Source: an uncultured delta proteobacterium (GTDB taxonomy: Bacteria > Desulfobacterota > Binatia > UBA9968). Taken from it: 64,000 nucleotides of DNA. The stretch lies in assembly GCA_963804165.1 (NCBI GenBank), contig CAWDPO010000045.1, positions 64,001 to 128,000 on the forward strand. Reading direction: 5' to 3'. Of the stretch, positions 21,055 through 30,462 are shown piece by piece. The notes beneath the pieces were generated by a model, which worked only from the letters and a program-made list of their open reading frames with translations, did no database searches and was not told the origin of the DNA. Each line of letters opens with the position of its first letter. Positions within the stretch are counted from its first letter, which is position 1. Made by a program: the position numbers and the translations under genes.

Positions 21055-21729
21055 TCACGCCAATTTCCTCAAAGCGTTGATTCTCTCTTCGGTTCCCGGG
21101 TGTGTAGATAAGAAACCACCACCACTGTCCCCTCCCGAGGTCCGCGTCAGCCAGGTCAGCGTGTCGATCATTACCTCTTTGGAATGACCGGCTCGACGCA
21201 AGATCTCGACACCGTGACGGTCCGCTTCCAACTCCTCTGAGCGGCTGTAGCTGTTTGCAATGAGCGCCCCCGCGATCGGGGTCACCGCGCTACTGCCCGG
21301 TATGAGCTGTTCGAGCAGAATTACGCCGATGTTGAGACCTGTACCCAAAGTCTGTGCTCTGGCCACGTGGCCAAGATCATCGTGAGCAATCTCGTGCGCC
21401 AGCACGCCTCTCAATTGCTCGTCGTTGGCCTTTGCAAGCAGCCCGGTCGTGACTTGAAACTCGCCGCCTCCCGCATTGGCGGCGTTGATGTTTGGATCGT
21501 CAATTACCCGAACTCGTATTTCATTTGAACGGCGCGGGTTAGTCGTCGCGCGCAGCAGCGGCAGCATGATCCGCTGCACTCGCTCCGTCTGCCTCGGATC
21601 GAGCGGACGGCCGGCCGAAGAGCGCGGTGTTTGTTGTGGGGCTGGCCCTCGCGATGAACTGGTCTCCAGCACGCAACCCGTTGTCGCCGTGGCGAGAATC
21701 AAAACTGCTATCATTCGAAGGAATCTCAT
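21055..21729 (-). CDS. M48 family metallopeptidase lipoprotein
   Basis: Lipobox TTGC; INA; VLAHEIAH; YSRSEELEAD; STHP. Confidence 0.9.
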   Translation of the reverse strand: MRFLRMIAVLILATATTGCVLETSSSRGPAPQQTPRSSAGRPLDPRQTERVQRIMLPLLRATTNPRRSNEIRVRVIDDPNINAANAGGGEFQVTTGLLAKANDEQLRGVLAHEIAHDDLGHVARAQTLGTGLNIGVILLEQLIPGSSAVTPIAGALIANSYSRSEELEADRHGVEILRRAGHSKEVMIDTLTWLTRTSGGDSGGGFLSTHPGTEERINALRKLA

Positions 21730-21912
21730 CGCTTCCCCGTCATCGGATCAAGCAACCCCGAAGGTAAATCGGTCAACGGTTGTCCCGAAGAAAACTGTCC
21801 ACCTCAAATCGTTCGCGATCGAGGAATCTTCCCTCGACTCCGACGTAATCCCCGAACCGAAGCGCCGGCGTTCTATTGAATTGGAAACCTATCCTGACTC
21901 CCGAGGGATTGC

Positions 21913-21928
21913 CGTCCAGTATTAGACA
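21913..21928 (-). promoter_or_regulatory. Crp-type box 5 (CGTCCAGTATTAGACA)
   Basis: TAGGTT 21 nt downstream. Confidence 0.72.
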
Positions 21929-21974
21929 GGATTGAAAAAATATCGGAGAAGTCCCCCTCGCGAGGCTCCGGGGG

Positions 21975-22049
21975 CTACCTCAGTCCCAAATAACCGGCGA
22001 CGAAAAGCACCACCACGATAACTCCTACAATGTAGAAAATATTATTCAT
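21975..22049 (-). CDS. 24-aa membrane microprotein (MNNIFYIVGVIVVVLFVAGYLGLR)
   Basis: Hand-translated; AGGAGG RBS; single TM helix. Confidence 0.7.
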   Translation of the reverse strand: MNNIFYIVGVIVVVLFVAGYLGLR

Positions 22050-22149
22050 GTCAGTTTCCTCCTTTCTTTGCGTGATCGGATTTTACCGTTGAGCCAGATG
22101 CCCATAGCATCACTCCGAGAAAGGGCAGTCGAGATCATCGCTCGATGTC

Positions 22150-22290
22150 TTACTGTCCGCTGAGACTCAATGGAATTTCAAGTTGAGTGATATTATTCGG
22201 AACGGGGTCCTGTTTCCTTGGAGGTACGTGGCCACAGTTTATGCAATAAAACTCTGGAACAATATAATTTTGGCAACGCGGACACTTCAT
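22150..22290 (-). CDS. 46-aa zinc-ribbon microprotein (MKCPRC...CINCG...)
   Basis: Hand-translated; two CxxC pairs; first ORF after sigma54 promoter B. Confidence 0.6.
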   Translation of the reverse strand: MKCPRCQNYIVPEFYCINCGHVPPRKQDPVPNNITQLEIPLSLSGQ

Positions 22291-22349
22291 AGTTTTATTT
22301 CCGTTTCCGTCTTATTTCGTTCTTTACGCTATGTGTGCTCTATCGAAGA

Positions 22350-22471
22350 GCAGGTTGTGTGCCAGACCGGTGGTAAGCAAAAGAGTGGATTTCGATTGAA
22401 TTTTTTAGGCTTTCAGGATGGAGAAGAGATGAGGCTCGTCAAGACCGTCGAGACCTTCGACCAAAAGGTCG
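22350..22471 (-). promoter_or_regulatory. Sigma54 promoter B plus enhancer
   Basis: TGGCACACAACCTGC (22364-22350); enhancer 22447-22471. Confidence 0.8.
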
Positions 22472-22944
22472 GACTCGACTATTTCGTTCTGCGACTGTTT
22501 TTTCTTTCACGATGCGAGGTGATGTAGATCTCCAGTCTTCGCCAACCGGGTGTAGTAGTTCGTAATTGATTGATAGACACATAATCAGCCACTTCGCCTT
22601 TTTAGATGGAAGGCATCATCAGGGAAGGTCTCACGTGGCGTCGGGCAAGAAAAAAGATGAGCTACGACACAATCGAGAATCTCGCTTAGTTCTGTAGGGA
22701 GAACGAGGGCGTCGCCTTCCTTTTCTCATTCGTGCCCGACCGGATCGCGCAGTTCATCAAATCGAGATCTATCAGCCCGCCGGATCGTTCAATGCCGACC
22801 AGCCTATGCCAGACCTCTCTGGAAGACGTTCGCAGTCCGACATTCGTATAGTAAACTGCAGACAAGCCCCTGCTTCACTGTTTTTTTTAACGCGGCCGGC
22901 GCAGTCTTGGAAAAGAGGCGATCAGCGTCGAGGCCAGCTTGGAA

Positions 22945-23295
22945 TTACGCCAGTGTATGGTGCGGAATTTCCGACGGAGAAGGGTGTGTGGTCTTGAATA
23001 GCGCCTTTTCCGCTTCGAGTTCTTGGACCCGGTGTTCGAGATCCGCTACCGTATGTTTGGTTTTTTTCATCGCGCGATCTTTTCCGTAGATGGTGAGCGT
23101 GGAGGAAACCGACCTAGCAAAATAGAGAATCCATGCCATGAAGAGCCCAACAAACAACGACCCCACGATAACCAGATACAAGGGGACATCATCCCAGACA
23201 TATTCATTGAGTCGGATCGTAACCGGGCTAATGTTTTGCATTCCAAAGTAAGCGATCGCGACGCCGGAAATAACTGCAACAAGTAATACCAACAT
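22945..23295 (-). CDS. LapA/DUF1049-family membrane protein
   Basis: FGMQN..PVTI..VPLYLVI; two TM segments plus coiled coil. Confidence 0.75.
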   Translation of the reverse strand: MLVLLVAVISGVAIAYFGMQNISPVTIRLNEYVWDDVPLYLVIVGSLFVGLFMAWILYFARSVSSTLTIYGKDRAMKKTKHTVADLEHRVQELEAEKALFKTTHPSPSEIPHHTLA

Positions 23296-23375
23296 ATTTT
23301 TCTAACCTTCTTTCTTTTGCCTCAGAGTCTATCGATATTCGGCATTTTATTGCGAAGGGCTCAGCGGTCCTTCTC

Positions 23376-23549
23376 TCAGGACTGTGGATCCTTTTGTCGG
23401 GTCGCGGTCACGCCATGGACGATCGCCAGGCCGATCAGACAGAGAATGCCCACCCCGATCCACTGCATCGGCACGTGGAGCAGATTGGCTCCGATCGCCA
23501 GGCCGGCGATCAGTATGATGTATCCGACCAGGTAAATTCCAAATGACAT
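23376..23549 (-). CDS. 57-aa two-TM small protein (MSFGIYLVGYIILIAGLAIGA...TRQKDPQS)
   Basis: Hand-translated; AAGGAGA RBS. Confidence 0.7.
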   Translation of the reverse strand: MSFGIYLVGYIILIAGLAIGANLLHVPMQWIGVGILCLIGLAIVHGVTATRQKDPQS

Positions 23550-23681
23550 GGGTATTTCTCCTTGACTACTACTTTTATTGAATTTTCTTCCCGTAAGCCC
23601 CTTTTTTCCTGACCCGAGAATAAAGCGACTCGGCAGGATTTCTTGCAGGTAAATGCGATAGGGTTGGGCGGCACGGCCATC

Positions 23682-24362
23682 CTAGGCAATCTGCGCGAGG
23701 TAATCGGTGAGTTTGTTTTCCTTGATGATGAGAAAATGATCGCTATTGGTTTCGATCAATCCCAGGTTGCGAAATCGCTGCATGAAGAAGCTGATCCGAG
23801 GCCGTGTCGTGCCCACCATCGCGGATAATTCTTCATGGGAAATCTTCAGCTCGATGCGAATACTGCGCGGATCTTTCTTGCCCATGGTGCGGGCCAATTG
23901 CAGCAACGTCTGACCCAGCCGTTGCTCGCTGTCCGCCGTCACCAGATTGGCGATGACGTGCTGTTGGTCGGCGATACGAACGGCCAGGTAGCGCACGAAT
24001 CCCTCAGACAAGGAGTCGCGGTTTAAGCGCGCAAAGAACTGGGCACAGGGTATTTGTTTTAACGTCGTTGGTTTCATCGCCACCGCAGTTTCGTGCCGCG
24101 CCCCTAACCCGGATAAGCACAGCTCGCCGAAAACATCTCCGCTGCTATGGATGGCCAGCAGACATTCTTTACCTTCGGGCGAGAGCAGAAGCAGCTTGAT
24201 CTGGCCGGTCTCGATGAAATAGACCATCTCGTCCTGGTCGCCGCAGGTGTAAACATTCGCGTGCCGTGCGAACGTCACAGGACGAGAGTTCAGCGTCTCG
24301 TGCTGCAACGAATCGCGCATTTGCTCTTTGAAGCGTTCCGCTTCGGGAGTCTGTTGAATCAT
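23682..24362 (-). CDS. Crp/Fnr family transcriptional regulator (paralog 2)
   Basis: Closely similar to 4766-5455; HTH SHEELSAMVGTTRPRIS. Confidence 0.92.
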   Translation of the reverse strand: MIQQTPEAERFKEQMRDSLQHETLNSRPVTFARHANVYTCGDQDEMVYFIETGQIKLLLLSPEGKECLLAIHSSGDVFGELCLSGLGARHETAVAMKPTTLKQIPCAQFFARLNRDSLSEGFVRYLAVRIADQQHVIANLVTADSEQRLGQTLLQLARTMGKKDPRSIRIELKISHEELSAMVGTTRPRISFFMQRFRNLGLIETNSDHFLIIKENKLTDYLAQIA

Positions 24363-24407
24363 GGGTCGCGTTTCCGACTAATGGCGCTGAGCCCAATCTC
24401 CGGCGCT

Positions 24408-24450
24408 CTTTTGAACAAGTAACCTCAGGAGTGAAACCCTATGCCTTAAA
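24408..24450 (-). ncRNA. Conserved leader element, copy L2 (partial)
   Basis: UUAAGGCAUAGGGUUUCACUCCUGAGGUUACUUG, nearly identical to the 5' part of L3. Confidence 0.45.
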
Positions 24451-24484
24451 TTCCTCTAACCTTTCTTGCATGCTTGCGACCCCT

Positions 24485-24634
24485 TTAAAGCCGGCCGGTC
24501 AAGAGCAGAACAACCACGATCAGCAGAACGACACCAGCGAGACCCGAGGGCGCAAAGCCAAATTTGTGAAAACCCCAGTTCGGTAGACCTCCCACCAGAA
24601 ACAGAAGCAATACGATCAACAGTATCAGGCTCAT
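24485..24634 (-). CDS. DUF3309 family small protein, 49 aa
   Basis: Hand-translated MSLILLIVLLLFLVGGLPNWGFHKFGFAPSGLAGVVLLIVVVLLLTGRL. Confidence 0.8.
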   Translation of the reverse strand: MSLILLIVLLLFLVGGLPNWGFHKFGFAPSGLAGVVLLIVVVLLLTGRL

Positions 24635-24680
24635 AGTCAGTTACCTTCTTTCGATTTTTCTTTTCTCAATGACGATAGGA

Positions 24681-24803
24681 GCAGCTTACGTGCCAGTTCC
24701 CACGGTCAGGAAGAGACTGCATTTCGCGAGGGATTATTTAACGCTCCGGGGAAATCGGAGGGACGGTTCGGCGAAAGAGTCGAAACGATCGACCAAATGG
24801 TCG
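24681..24803 (-). promoter_or_regulatory. Sigma54 promoter C plus enhancer
   Basis: TGGCACGTAAGCTGC (24695-24681); enhancer 24779-24803. Confidence 0.8.
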
Positions 24804-25176
24804 AGTTACCTAGCGCGGCAGGGCTGCAACCAAAAAAACAGGGGATTCACCATGAAGGCACCAAGGACGCGAAGGGTTTGAATCATTTAAGTTTCAAGCT
24901 TCGTGCTCTTTCGTTGGGCACGGAAAATTGCGCAAACCGCGTAAACCTCCAATTAGGGTAGTACGGCAAACTACTGTGGTCAACGCGACAGCAGCGTAGG
25001 TCCGGAAAGTGGCGGCCGAGAATTTTGCTCGTTGGGAAAAAAACGACGAGCTCGATAGATTCTTAGTAAAGAGACGAATCAAATCAGAATCAGCGTCCCC
25101 GCCGTATGCGTTTCGATATACGACGGGAACGCTGATCCATGGGGCGTTGTTTGTTTAGCGCGCTAACCTCTCGTCG

Positions 25177-26346
25177 TCAGCGAAGATCCTGAAAATTGAG
25201 GATTTGTGACAAAATGGTTTCCAAGATGGAAGGGTTTCCATCAGCAAAGCGGCCGTATTGATATCGGCTATTGTAGCCATCTTCATAACCACGGCGGAAG
25301 CCCTGACGGAAGTAGTAATTGTAGTCGCGCCGGTCTACGTAATAGCCACTGTAACCGTAGTTTGCGTCCCGATAGGCATAAGAGTCCTTGTAGTTGGAAC
25401 CCCAACGGTCGTCCCGGTCTGCCCTTCCGGCGCGGAAGCCTTCTTCATAGCCATAGTTCACCGCCTGCCGCAGCGTCTTCGCGCCGTATTCGTTCGTTTC
25501 GTAGTAGTTGCTGCCGCCACGATTGTAACGATAGATCGGCGCCGTGTAGAAGTACGGGTCATGATCGTAATCGAACCGATTGTCCCGGAGATGGATCTGC
25601 TGCTGACGCACGCGCTCTAAATACTGTTCCTGAAAACGATACTGCGCGACGCGCTTTTGTTGCTTTAGCAGCGCTGCACGCTGTCGTGCGAGACGCTCCT
25701 GCTGTTCCAGATGCTGACGGTACTGCGCCACCCGTTGTTGCTGTTGATCAATAAGCTTTTGTTGCTGCTGCTGTGACAGACGCTCTTGTTGTCTCTGTTG
25801 TTGAATTTGGTCTTGCCTCTGCTGTTGCTGCGCGCGCTGTTGTTTCTGGATTTGCTCGGATTGACGCTCAACCCGCTCTTGCTGCTGCTGTTGTCGCGCT
25901 TGCTGTCTTTTGTTCTCTGCTGATTTTTGCTGAACGCGCTGTTGCTGCTGCTTCTGGTCCTGTTTCTGCTTTTTGCTGCTCCGCTCTTGCTGCTGTTGTT
26001 GCTGCTGAACGCGATGTTGCTGTTGCTTCTGGTCCTGCTCTGATTTTCGCTGCGCGCGCTCCTGCTGCTGGTCTTGTTTCTGCTTTTGCTCTTGCTGGTG
26101 CTGTTTTTGCTCAACGCGCTGTTGCTGTTGCTTCTGGTCCTGCACTGATTTTCGTTGCACGCGCTCTTGCTGCTGCTGGTTTTGTTTCTGTTTTTGTTCT
26201 TGCTGCTTTTCATGCTGATCGCGCTTTTGCTCTTTTTGCTCTTCCTGCGCTTCTCGTTGTCCATCGGCCGCTGTACTGATTCCCGCCAATGACAGGGTGC
26301 TGATGACAAGCGCCATCACCATCCGATCTAAGATATTAATTTTCAC
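25177..26346 (-). CDS. Secreted Gln-rich protein with Tyr/Gly/Arg-rich C-terminal domain
   Basis: Signal peptide; about 200 aa Q/K/E/R repeats; GYEEGFRAGRADR and FRQGFRRGYEDGY. Confidence 0.8.
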   Translation of the reverse strand: MKINILDRMVMALVISTLSLAGISTAADGQREAQEEQKEQKRDQHEKQQEQKQKQNQQQQERVQRKSVQDQKQQQQRVEQKQHQQEQKQKQDQQQERAQRKSEQDQKQQQHRVQQQQQQQERSSKKQKQDQKQQQQRVQQKSAENKRQQARQQQQQERVERQSEQIQKQQRAQQQQRQDQIQQQRQQERLSQQQQQKLIDQQQQRVAQYRQHLEQQERLARQRAALLKQQKRVAQYRFQEQYLERVRQQQIHLRDNRFDYDHDPYFYTAPIYRYNRGGSNYYETNEYGAKTLRQAVNYGYEEGFRAGRADRDDRWGSNYKDSYAYRDANYGYSGYYVDRRDYNYYFRQGFRRGYEDGYNSRYQYGRFADGNPSILETILSQILNFQDLR

Positions 26347-26468
26347 GGTACTCCTCCTGGTGTTTCGGGCATGTAAATTTGAGATAAAGCGTAAGTATGA
26401 TTATTTCTGCGAGTCGCTAAACCTCGATGCCTTTATTTCTATAGGATACGTCTTCTTAGAAGACTCAC

Positions 26469-26484
26469 AGTTCATTATTGGACA
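26469..26484 (-). promoter_or_regulatory. Crp-type box 6 (AGTTCATTATTGGACA)
   Basis: TATCCT 20 nt downstream; shared distal flank. Confidence 0.6.
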
Positions 26485-26537
26485 AAGTGCTAAAGAATTA
26501 TGCTGATTAGACTCTCCATATGATCCGTTCAAACCTA

Positions 26538-26744
26538 TCAATGCAGTAGCACAGTTCCGGGAAAGTGCCGGTCGGTGATTTCCCTTTCGAGGGAAGCCCC
26601 GTTCAGCAACTCAACTAAAATCACACGGGCGAGATGATAGGCCTCTCTTGTATCGGCGGAATATTCAAAGGCGAACTCGCTGACCGTCGCCATAAGGTCT
26701 TCCAACCTAGGGTTGATACTGTTATCGCTACGGTTTGTTTTCAC
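26538..26744 (-). CDS. Small hypothetical protein (paralog of 46080-46274)
   Basis: L.DLMA.VSE.A.E.SAD.REAY.LAR..LVELL.G; GAAAGGA RBS, GTG start. Confidence 0.6.
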   Translation of the reverse strand: MKTNRSDNSINPRLEDLMATVSEFAFEYSADTREAYHLARVILVELLNGASLEREITDRHFPGTVLLH

Positions 26745-26799
26745 GGCGATTATCCTTTCACGCAAAAAGCTATTGATCGTCGTTCAGTTTGCGACCCGG

Positions 26800-27459
26800 C
26801 TAACCCGTGATGATGTAGTCGAACTGTTCCTGGACTTTCTTCCAGTTCACCACGTGCCACCAATGAGTAATGTATTCGGGTCGCTTGTTGTGGTACTTGA
26901 GATAATACGCGTGTTCCCAAACATCGAGACCTAAAATGGGCAGCTGGCCGTTTGATAACGGATTATTCTGGTTCGCCGTTGAGCCAATCTCCAAGTCCCC
27001 CGTGGACGTCACGGAAAGCCACGCCCATCCGCTGCCCGAGCGATTTTTGGCAGCGGTGTCGAACTCTTCTTTGAATTTAGCGAATCCGCCAAACGTCTTT
27101 GTAATCGCCCGTGCCAGCTTGCCCTCGGGCTCATCGCCGCCCCGTGGCGTCATGTATTCCCAGAATAACGCGTGATTGAGGTGTCCGCCGCCGTTGCGTT
27201 GCAATGGCGTCCTGATATCGGCAGGCAACTCGTTAAGATGAGCCAATAGGGTCACGAGATCTGTTTTCTGCAGCTCAGGATATTTGCCGACCGCTTCGTT
27301 GGCTTGATCGACATAAGTCTGATGATGCTTGTCATGATGCAAATGCATCGTTTGTTCGTCGATGTGCGGCTCGAGCGCATCATACGCATAATCGAGCGCT
27401 GGCAGGGTATACGGATAATCCATATGCGCCGTTTGATAGAGCAAGAGTTTGTTGTTCAT
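26800..27459 (-). CDS. sodA: Superoxide dismutase, Mn/Fe family (Mn-type signatures)
   Basis: HHDKHH, NGGGHLNH, TANQ, DVWEHAYY. Confidence 0.92.
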   Translation of the reverse strand: MNNKLLLYQTAHMDYPYTLPALDYAYDALEPHIDEQTMHLHHDKHHQTYVDQANEAVGKYPELQKTDLVTLLAHLNELPADIRTPLQRNGGGHLNHALFWEYMTPRGGDEPEGKLARAITKTFGGFAKFKEEFDTAAKNRSGSGWAWLSVTSTGDLEIGSTANQNNPLSNGQLPILGLDVWEHAYYLKYHNKRPEYITHWWHVVNWKKVQEQFDYIITG

Positions 27460-27574
27460 GGCGTAAACCTCCTGTGTCGCTTTAGCCGATCCGAGTTAGT
27501 TTCCCGACTGAGAAAAACGTCGGCGACTCTCCAATGTCTGTCTCCTGTTGCATCGGCGCGCCTCGCCACGTCCC

Positions 27575-28807
27575 TTACGTTGAAACATGGCGAGCTCGAA
27601 CCGGTAGTTCCCGGCTAACCCGCGGCACTGATGGCTCTCGACTGCATGCCCGGTCGAAGCTCTGCAGGTAGCGGCGCGCGACCGCGGGCCAGACCATGCT
27701 GCGGCCGTGAGCGGCGGCGCGTGCGCAGAGGGCCGATCGTTTGGCATCATCGCTCAGGAGATCCACGACCTCGCGTGCGATGGTTTGGGAGTCTCTCCAC
27801 GGCACGAGGATACCGCGCCCGTCGGCGAGGAGTTCGCGCGCATAAAGATAAGGCGTGGAGATGACGGCTTTGCCGGATCCTACCGCGTAGGCCAACGTCC
27901 CGGACGTGCTCTGCTCAGGCTTGAGGTACGGCGTTACATAGATATCGGCGGCGGAGAGAAACTTGACGAGTTCGCCGCGGCTCACGAAACGATTGTGAAA
28001 GATCATGCTGGATTCCACGCCGAGCCCTTGAGCCCGACGCTCCAGACTTTCGCGGTAGTTTTCGCCGTATTGCTCTTTGATATGTGGATGGGTAGCTCCG
28101 AGCACGACGTAGACCGTGTCCGGGTATTGCGCAAGAATCGCGGGCAGCGCGTCGATGACATGCTCGATACCTTTGTCCGGCGATAGCAGGCCGAATGTAA
28201 AAATCACCGACTTGCCTTCGATCCCGAGCTCTTTCTTAGTGCTTGAAGCGAACGGCACGCTCGGAATCCCGTGCGGGATGATATCGATTTTCTGCTCGGG
28301 TACGCCGTGAACATTATGGAGGAGAGCGGCGCCGTGGGCGCTCATGACGACGAGCCGCCGCGAAAGTCGGGCGATCTCATTCATCGCTCGACGCTGCATG
28401 GAATCCGGCTCGCCGAGGATGGTGTGCACGGTGGTCACGATCGGCATGCGCAATCTGCGCAGGAGCGTGAGCAGGTAGCTACCGGCGTTGCCGCCGAAGA
28501 TACCGTACTCGTGCTGCACGGACACGACATCGATCTTGTTGGCGTTCAAATAATCCGCTGCGACGCGGTACGACGCAATATCACTCTCGGCCACCTCGAA
28601 GCGGACCCGCGGCGGATACGCATAACGTTTGCCGGCGTCGTTCATCGCGACCACGAAGCAATCGGCATTCGAGACCTCCGCCGCCACCGCTCTGCTGAGA
28701 TCGGTGGTAAAAGTAGCGATGCCGCATTGGCGCGGCAAGTGATTGCCAAGGATCGCGATTCGACGAACCGTTCCCGCGATGGTTCCGTGGTTCATGATTC
28801 CTCCCAC
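27575..28807 (-). CDS. GT4 glycosyltransferase (lacks the C-terminal domain of paralog 62024)
   Basis: PRQCGIATFT, QHEYGIFGG, IPHG, KGIE, SGTLAYA. Confidence 0.88.
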   Translation of the reverse strand: MGGIMNHGTIAGTVRRIAILGNHLPRQCGIATFTTDLSRAVAAEVSNADCFVVAMNDAGKRYAYPPRVRFEVAESDIASYRVAADYLNANKIDVVSVQHEYGIFGGNAGSYLLTLLRRLRMPIVTTVHTILGEPDSMQRRAMNEIARLSRRLVVMSAHGAALLHNVHGVPEQKIDIIPHGIPSVPFASSTKKELGIEGKSVIFTFGLLSPDKGIEHVIDALPAILAQYPDTVYVVLGATHPHIKEQYGENYRESLERRAQGLGVESSMIFHNRFVSRGELVKFLSAADIYVTPYLKPEQSTSGTLAYAVGSGKAVISTPYLYARELLADGRGILVPWRDSQTIAREVVDLLSDDAKRSALCARAAAHGRSMVWPAVARRYLQSFDRACSREPSVPRVSRELPVRARHVST

Positions 28808-28823
28808 CGGAGAAGTCTCGCGA

Positions 28824-28904
28824 TCAGATCCGTCCCCTGATCATCTGTATTCCAAGCAAAATCGCGACGAGTACGACTCCGAGTATTAAAAACAAGCTCG
28901 CCAT
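28824..28904 (-). CDS. 26-aa membrane microprotein (MASLFLILGVVLVAILLGIQMIRGRI)
   Basis: Hand-translated; AGGAGG RBS. Confidence 0.6.
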   Translation of the reverse strand: MASLFLILGVVLVAILLGIQMIRGRI

Positions 28905-28993
28905 ATCAATTTCCTCCTAACCCACTTATTAGAAATTGATCCGCGGTCATTTTCACCACGACATTGCGGTGCTGTGCGGCCTCTCAAGCGCCG

Positions 28994-29224
28994 CTAGAAT
29001 GACTTCCTGGAGCCAACCGCGACCAGCGCGGCGCCACTCACGAGCGCCAACCCTATCAACAGCGGTGACATCGGGATGGTCTTCTGGGTGTCAACGGTGG
29101 CTTTTAGGGGACCGATGTCGATGACCTTCTCGCGGCTCGTGTAAGGGATTCCGCGGTAGGCAAACGCGACAATGCTGAGAACGATGAGAGCGATTCCCAC
29201 AAGCGTTATTGCACTGATACGCAT
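28994..29224 (-). CDS. DUF3185-like small membrane protein
   Basis: YTSREKVIDIGPL..KTIP..P..G. Confidence 0.75.
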   Translation of the reverse strand: MRISAITLVGIALIVLSIVAFAYRGIPYTSREKVIDIGPLKATVDTQKTIPMSPLLIGLALVSGAALVAVGSRKSF

Positions 29225-29256
29225 AATATTTCTCCTTCGTCTTTAAAGCCGAAACG

Positions 29257-29409
29257 CTAATCAACTCGATACCGCTGCATGTGATGGATCCCGAGCGCCA
29301 CCAGAGCGCCGATCAGCGTAATTTGGATGAATCCGCCGATCATTGTAGGGGAATCGAGTATTCCCACTACGCCCAGGACCGAAAGCATCGCAAAGATAAG
29401 CCAAAGCAT
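29257..29409 (-). CDS. lmo0937-family small membrane protein, 50 aa
   Basis: Hand-translated MLWLIFAML..LG...IGGFIQITLIGALVAL. Confidence 0.55.
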   Translation of the reverse strand: MLWLIFAMLSVLGVVGILDSPTMIGGFIQITLIGALVALGIHHMQRYRVD

Positions 29410-29452
29410 GGTTCAGCTCCTCAATCTTCTGGAAAGCCCGCTGTTGAAATTC

Positions 29453-29755
29453 CTAGCCCCCCAGGTTTTCTCGCCTGTTTTCCTGATAGCCCTGCTTTTC
29501 GGCTTCCGTTGAGTGATCGACCGAATCGGAGCTCTTGCAATCCATGAGCTTCTTTCCCTGTTGCACGATCACGTCGGCAGTCTCGCGCAGCTTGCCTGCC
29601 TGCTGATTCAGGTAGTCCAGACTTTTACCGCCGCGTTCACGGAGCACCTCGCGCGTCTCTTTACGGCCGAGAATCGCGGCCATTAACCCGCCGACGGCTC
29701 CCAGACCTAGACCGATAAGTAAGTACGAAAATTTCGATTCGCCGTTCGTTGCCAT
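29453..29755 (-). CDS. YtxH-like general stress protein
   Basis: LLIGLGLGAVGGL..GRKETRE followed by amphipathic helices. Confidence 0.75.
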   Translation of the reverse strand: MATNGESKFSYLLIGLGLGAVGGLMAAILGRKETREVLRERGGKSLDYLNQQAGKLRETADVIVQQGKKLMDCKSSDSVDHSTEAEKQGYQENRRENLGG

Positions 29756-29799
29756 AAATTTCTCCTCTTAGAAAACTCTCGCGTTGGAACAGTCCGTCT

Positions 29800-30111
29800 C
29801 TAACGCTTGATAACTTGCAGATTGTTGACTACCCGTTTGACGCCGCTCACCTGCGACGAAACCGATCCGATGTGGGACTTCTGCTCGCCGGTCTCGACTT
29901 CGCCGGTGAGATAGACAATGCCGTTATTGGTCTCGACTCCCACTCGCGACAGGGTGACAAGCTTGTCTGTAGCAAGTTTAGTCTTTACGGACGAAGTAAG
30001 AGCTCCATCATCGAGGTTTTGTCCCATGGTCTCGCCGGTCATCGCCTGGCAACCGCTCATGAAAAAAAGAACTACCAACGTACCTGCCAACATTTTAAAT
30101 TTCCGGATCAT
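29800..30111 (-). CDS. BON domain lipoprotein
   Basis: Lipobox MSGC; DD..LTSSVK..L; VET.NGIVYLTG; VSGVKRVVNNL. Confidence 0.9.
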   Translation of the reverse strand: MIRKFKMLAGTLVVLFFMSGCQAMTGETMGQNLDDGALTSSVKTKLATDKLVTLSRVGVETNNGIVYLTGEVETGEQKSHIGSVSSQVSGVKRVVNNLQVIKR

Positions 30112-30178
30112 AAATATCTCCTCACTAGTTTTGAAATGTTTGTTTTCTTGCTCAGCGCGTATAGTGACTCTCTGTCAA

Positions 30179-30397
30179 TTAATTTCTTTCCCAGTCCGAG
30201 TCCCTCCGATCCGGTCGCGAGTAACCCGCGCCGCGGTAAGGATCTCCATCCCAGCGGCGATCGTTCTTGTCATAGCTGCTCCCGACCCTGTCGTATCCGC
30301 TGTAATCGCCACGACGATTCCACTCGTAACATCCACTCGAAGCCAGCACGAAGCTGGCCGCGACAATTCCGTACATGGCCATTCCGAATGTGTTCAT
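30179..30397 (-). CDS. Small lipoprotein, D/R-rich
   Basis: AAGGAG RBS; lipobox SSGC. Confidence 0.6.
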   Translation of the reverse strand: MNTFGMAMYGIVAASFVLASSGCYEWNRRGDYSGYDRVGSSYDKNDRRWDGDPYRGAGYSRPDRRDSDWERN

Positions 30398-30462
30398 CGA
30401 ACTCTCCTTTTGCCGCAACGCTTCCCTGTGGATCGGCTCGAGCATCCCGATCAGCAAACCCG

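Noticed and set aside
25600-26260. CTG/TTG-rich tract as a non-coding repeat, and its alternative-frame ORFs
   Set aside because: Explained by Gln codons of the minus-strand gene.
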